Source of the DNA: Dendrobates tinctorius
Lineage: Eukaryota
Assembly (NCBI RefSeq): GCF_039654945.1
Contig: NW_027361803.1
Coordinates: 12,090,001-12,154,000 of the forward strand
Length of the DNA stretch: 64,000 nt
Reading direction: 5' to 3'
The position numbers were made by a program, and so were the translations under genes. Shown one piece after another: positions 63,077-64,000 of this stretch. Position 1 is the first letter of the stretch; the number at the start of each line of letters is the position of its first letter. The notes under the pieces were generated by a model. The model was not told the origin of the DNA and did not search any database. It saw only the letters and a list, made by a program, of their open reading frames with translations.

Positions 63077-64000
63077 GCTACATGGGGGGTAATCACAGCG
63101 GTGGGAGTTCAGGGCCATGTTCACACTGCGTGGACTTGCTACATGGGGGGTAATCACAGCGGTGGGAGTTCAGGGCCATGTTCACACTGCGTGGACTTGC
63201 TACATGGGGGTAATCACAGAGGTGGGAGTTCAGGGCCATGTTCACACTGCGTGGACTTGCTACATGGGAGGTAATCACAGCGGTGGGAGTTCAGGGCCAT
63301 GTTCACACTGCGTGGACTTGCTACTTGGGGGGTAATCACAGCGGTGGGAGTTCAGGGCCATGTTCACACTGCGTGGGCTTGCTACATGGGGGGTAATCAC
63401 AGCGGTGGGAGTTCAGGGCCATGTTCACACTGCGTGGACTTGCTACATGGGGGGTAATCACAGAGGTGGGAGTTCAGGGCCATGTTCACACTGCGTGGAC
63501 TTGCTACATGGGGGGTAATCACAGCGGTGGGAGTTCAGGGCCATGTTCACACTGCGTGGACTTGCTACATGGGGGGTAATCACAGCGGTGGGAGTTCAGG
63601 GCCATGTTCACACTGCGTGGGCTTGCTACATGGGGGGTAATCACAGAGGTGGGAGTTCAGGGCCATGTTCACACTGCGTGGACTTGCTACATGGGGGGTA
63701 ATCACAGCGGTGGGAGTTCAGGGCCATGTTCACACTGCGTGGGCTTGCTACATGGGGGGTAATCACAGCGGTGGGAGTTCAGGGCCATGTTCACACTGCG
63801 TGGACTTGCTACATGGGGGGTAATCACAGAGGTGGGAGTTCAGGGCCATGTTCACACTGCGTGGGCTTGCTACATGGGGGGTAATCACAGCGGTGGGAGT
63901 TCAGGGCCATGTTCACACTGCGTGGACTTGCTACATGGGGGGTAATCACAGCGGTGGGAGTTCAGGGCCATGTTCACACTGCGTGGACTTGCTACATGGG
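63077..64000. repeat. ~61-bp minisatellite in DNAJC21 intron 11, continuing past the window end
   Basis: GCTACATGGGGGGTAATCACAGCGGTGGGAGTTCAGGGCCATGTTCACACTGCGTGGACTT, about 15 copies. Confidence 0.96.

Overview
Vertebrate genomic DNA, most likely an anuran (frog) genome, inferred from repeat content and gene structure. The left half (about 1-32 kb) is a stack of nested transposable elements: a full-length L1 with a 13-bp TSD and a MITE in ORF2; a chromovirus (Tf1/sushi-like Gypsy) inserted into a deleted copy of its own family; a DIRS element carrying a solo LTR that itself carries another solo LTR; a TTAA-flanked piggyBac-like element; a second DIRS with ITR/ICR structure; and a CR1/L2 fragment containing a hAT MITE. 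The right half holds three housekeeping genes whose coding exons I traced through GT-AG junctions: BRIX1 (-, 10 coding exons, 341 aa), RAD1 (-, 5 coding exons, 281 aa) and DNAJC21 (+, 11 exons, running off the window end). BRIX1 intron 1 contains an intact DD35E Tc1-type transposon, and many introns hold large, unrelated GC/CpG-rich minisatellites. Best leads: (1) a tRNA-independent self-priming signal in the two Gypsy elements, supported by a compensatory base change; (2) a 33-bp inverted LTR filler at the deletion junction of the outer Gypsy; (3) the intact DD35E transposase with perfect TIRs; (4) RAD1 head-to-head with DNAJC21 rather than with BRIX1 as in human. I see no convincing evidence of a wholly new multi-gene system. 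The long ORFs between 40 and 61 kb are artefacts of tandem repeats.
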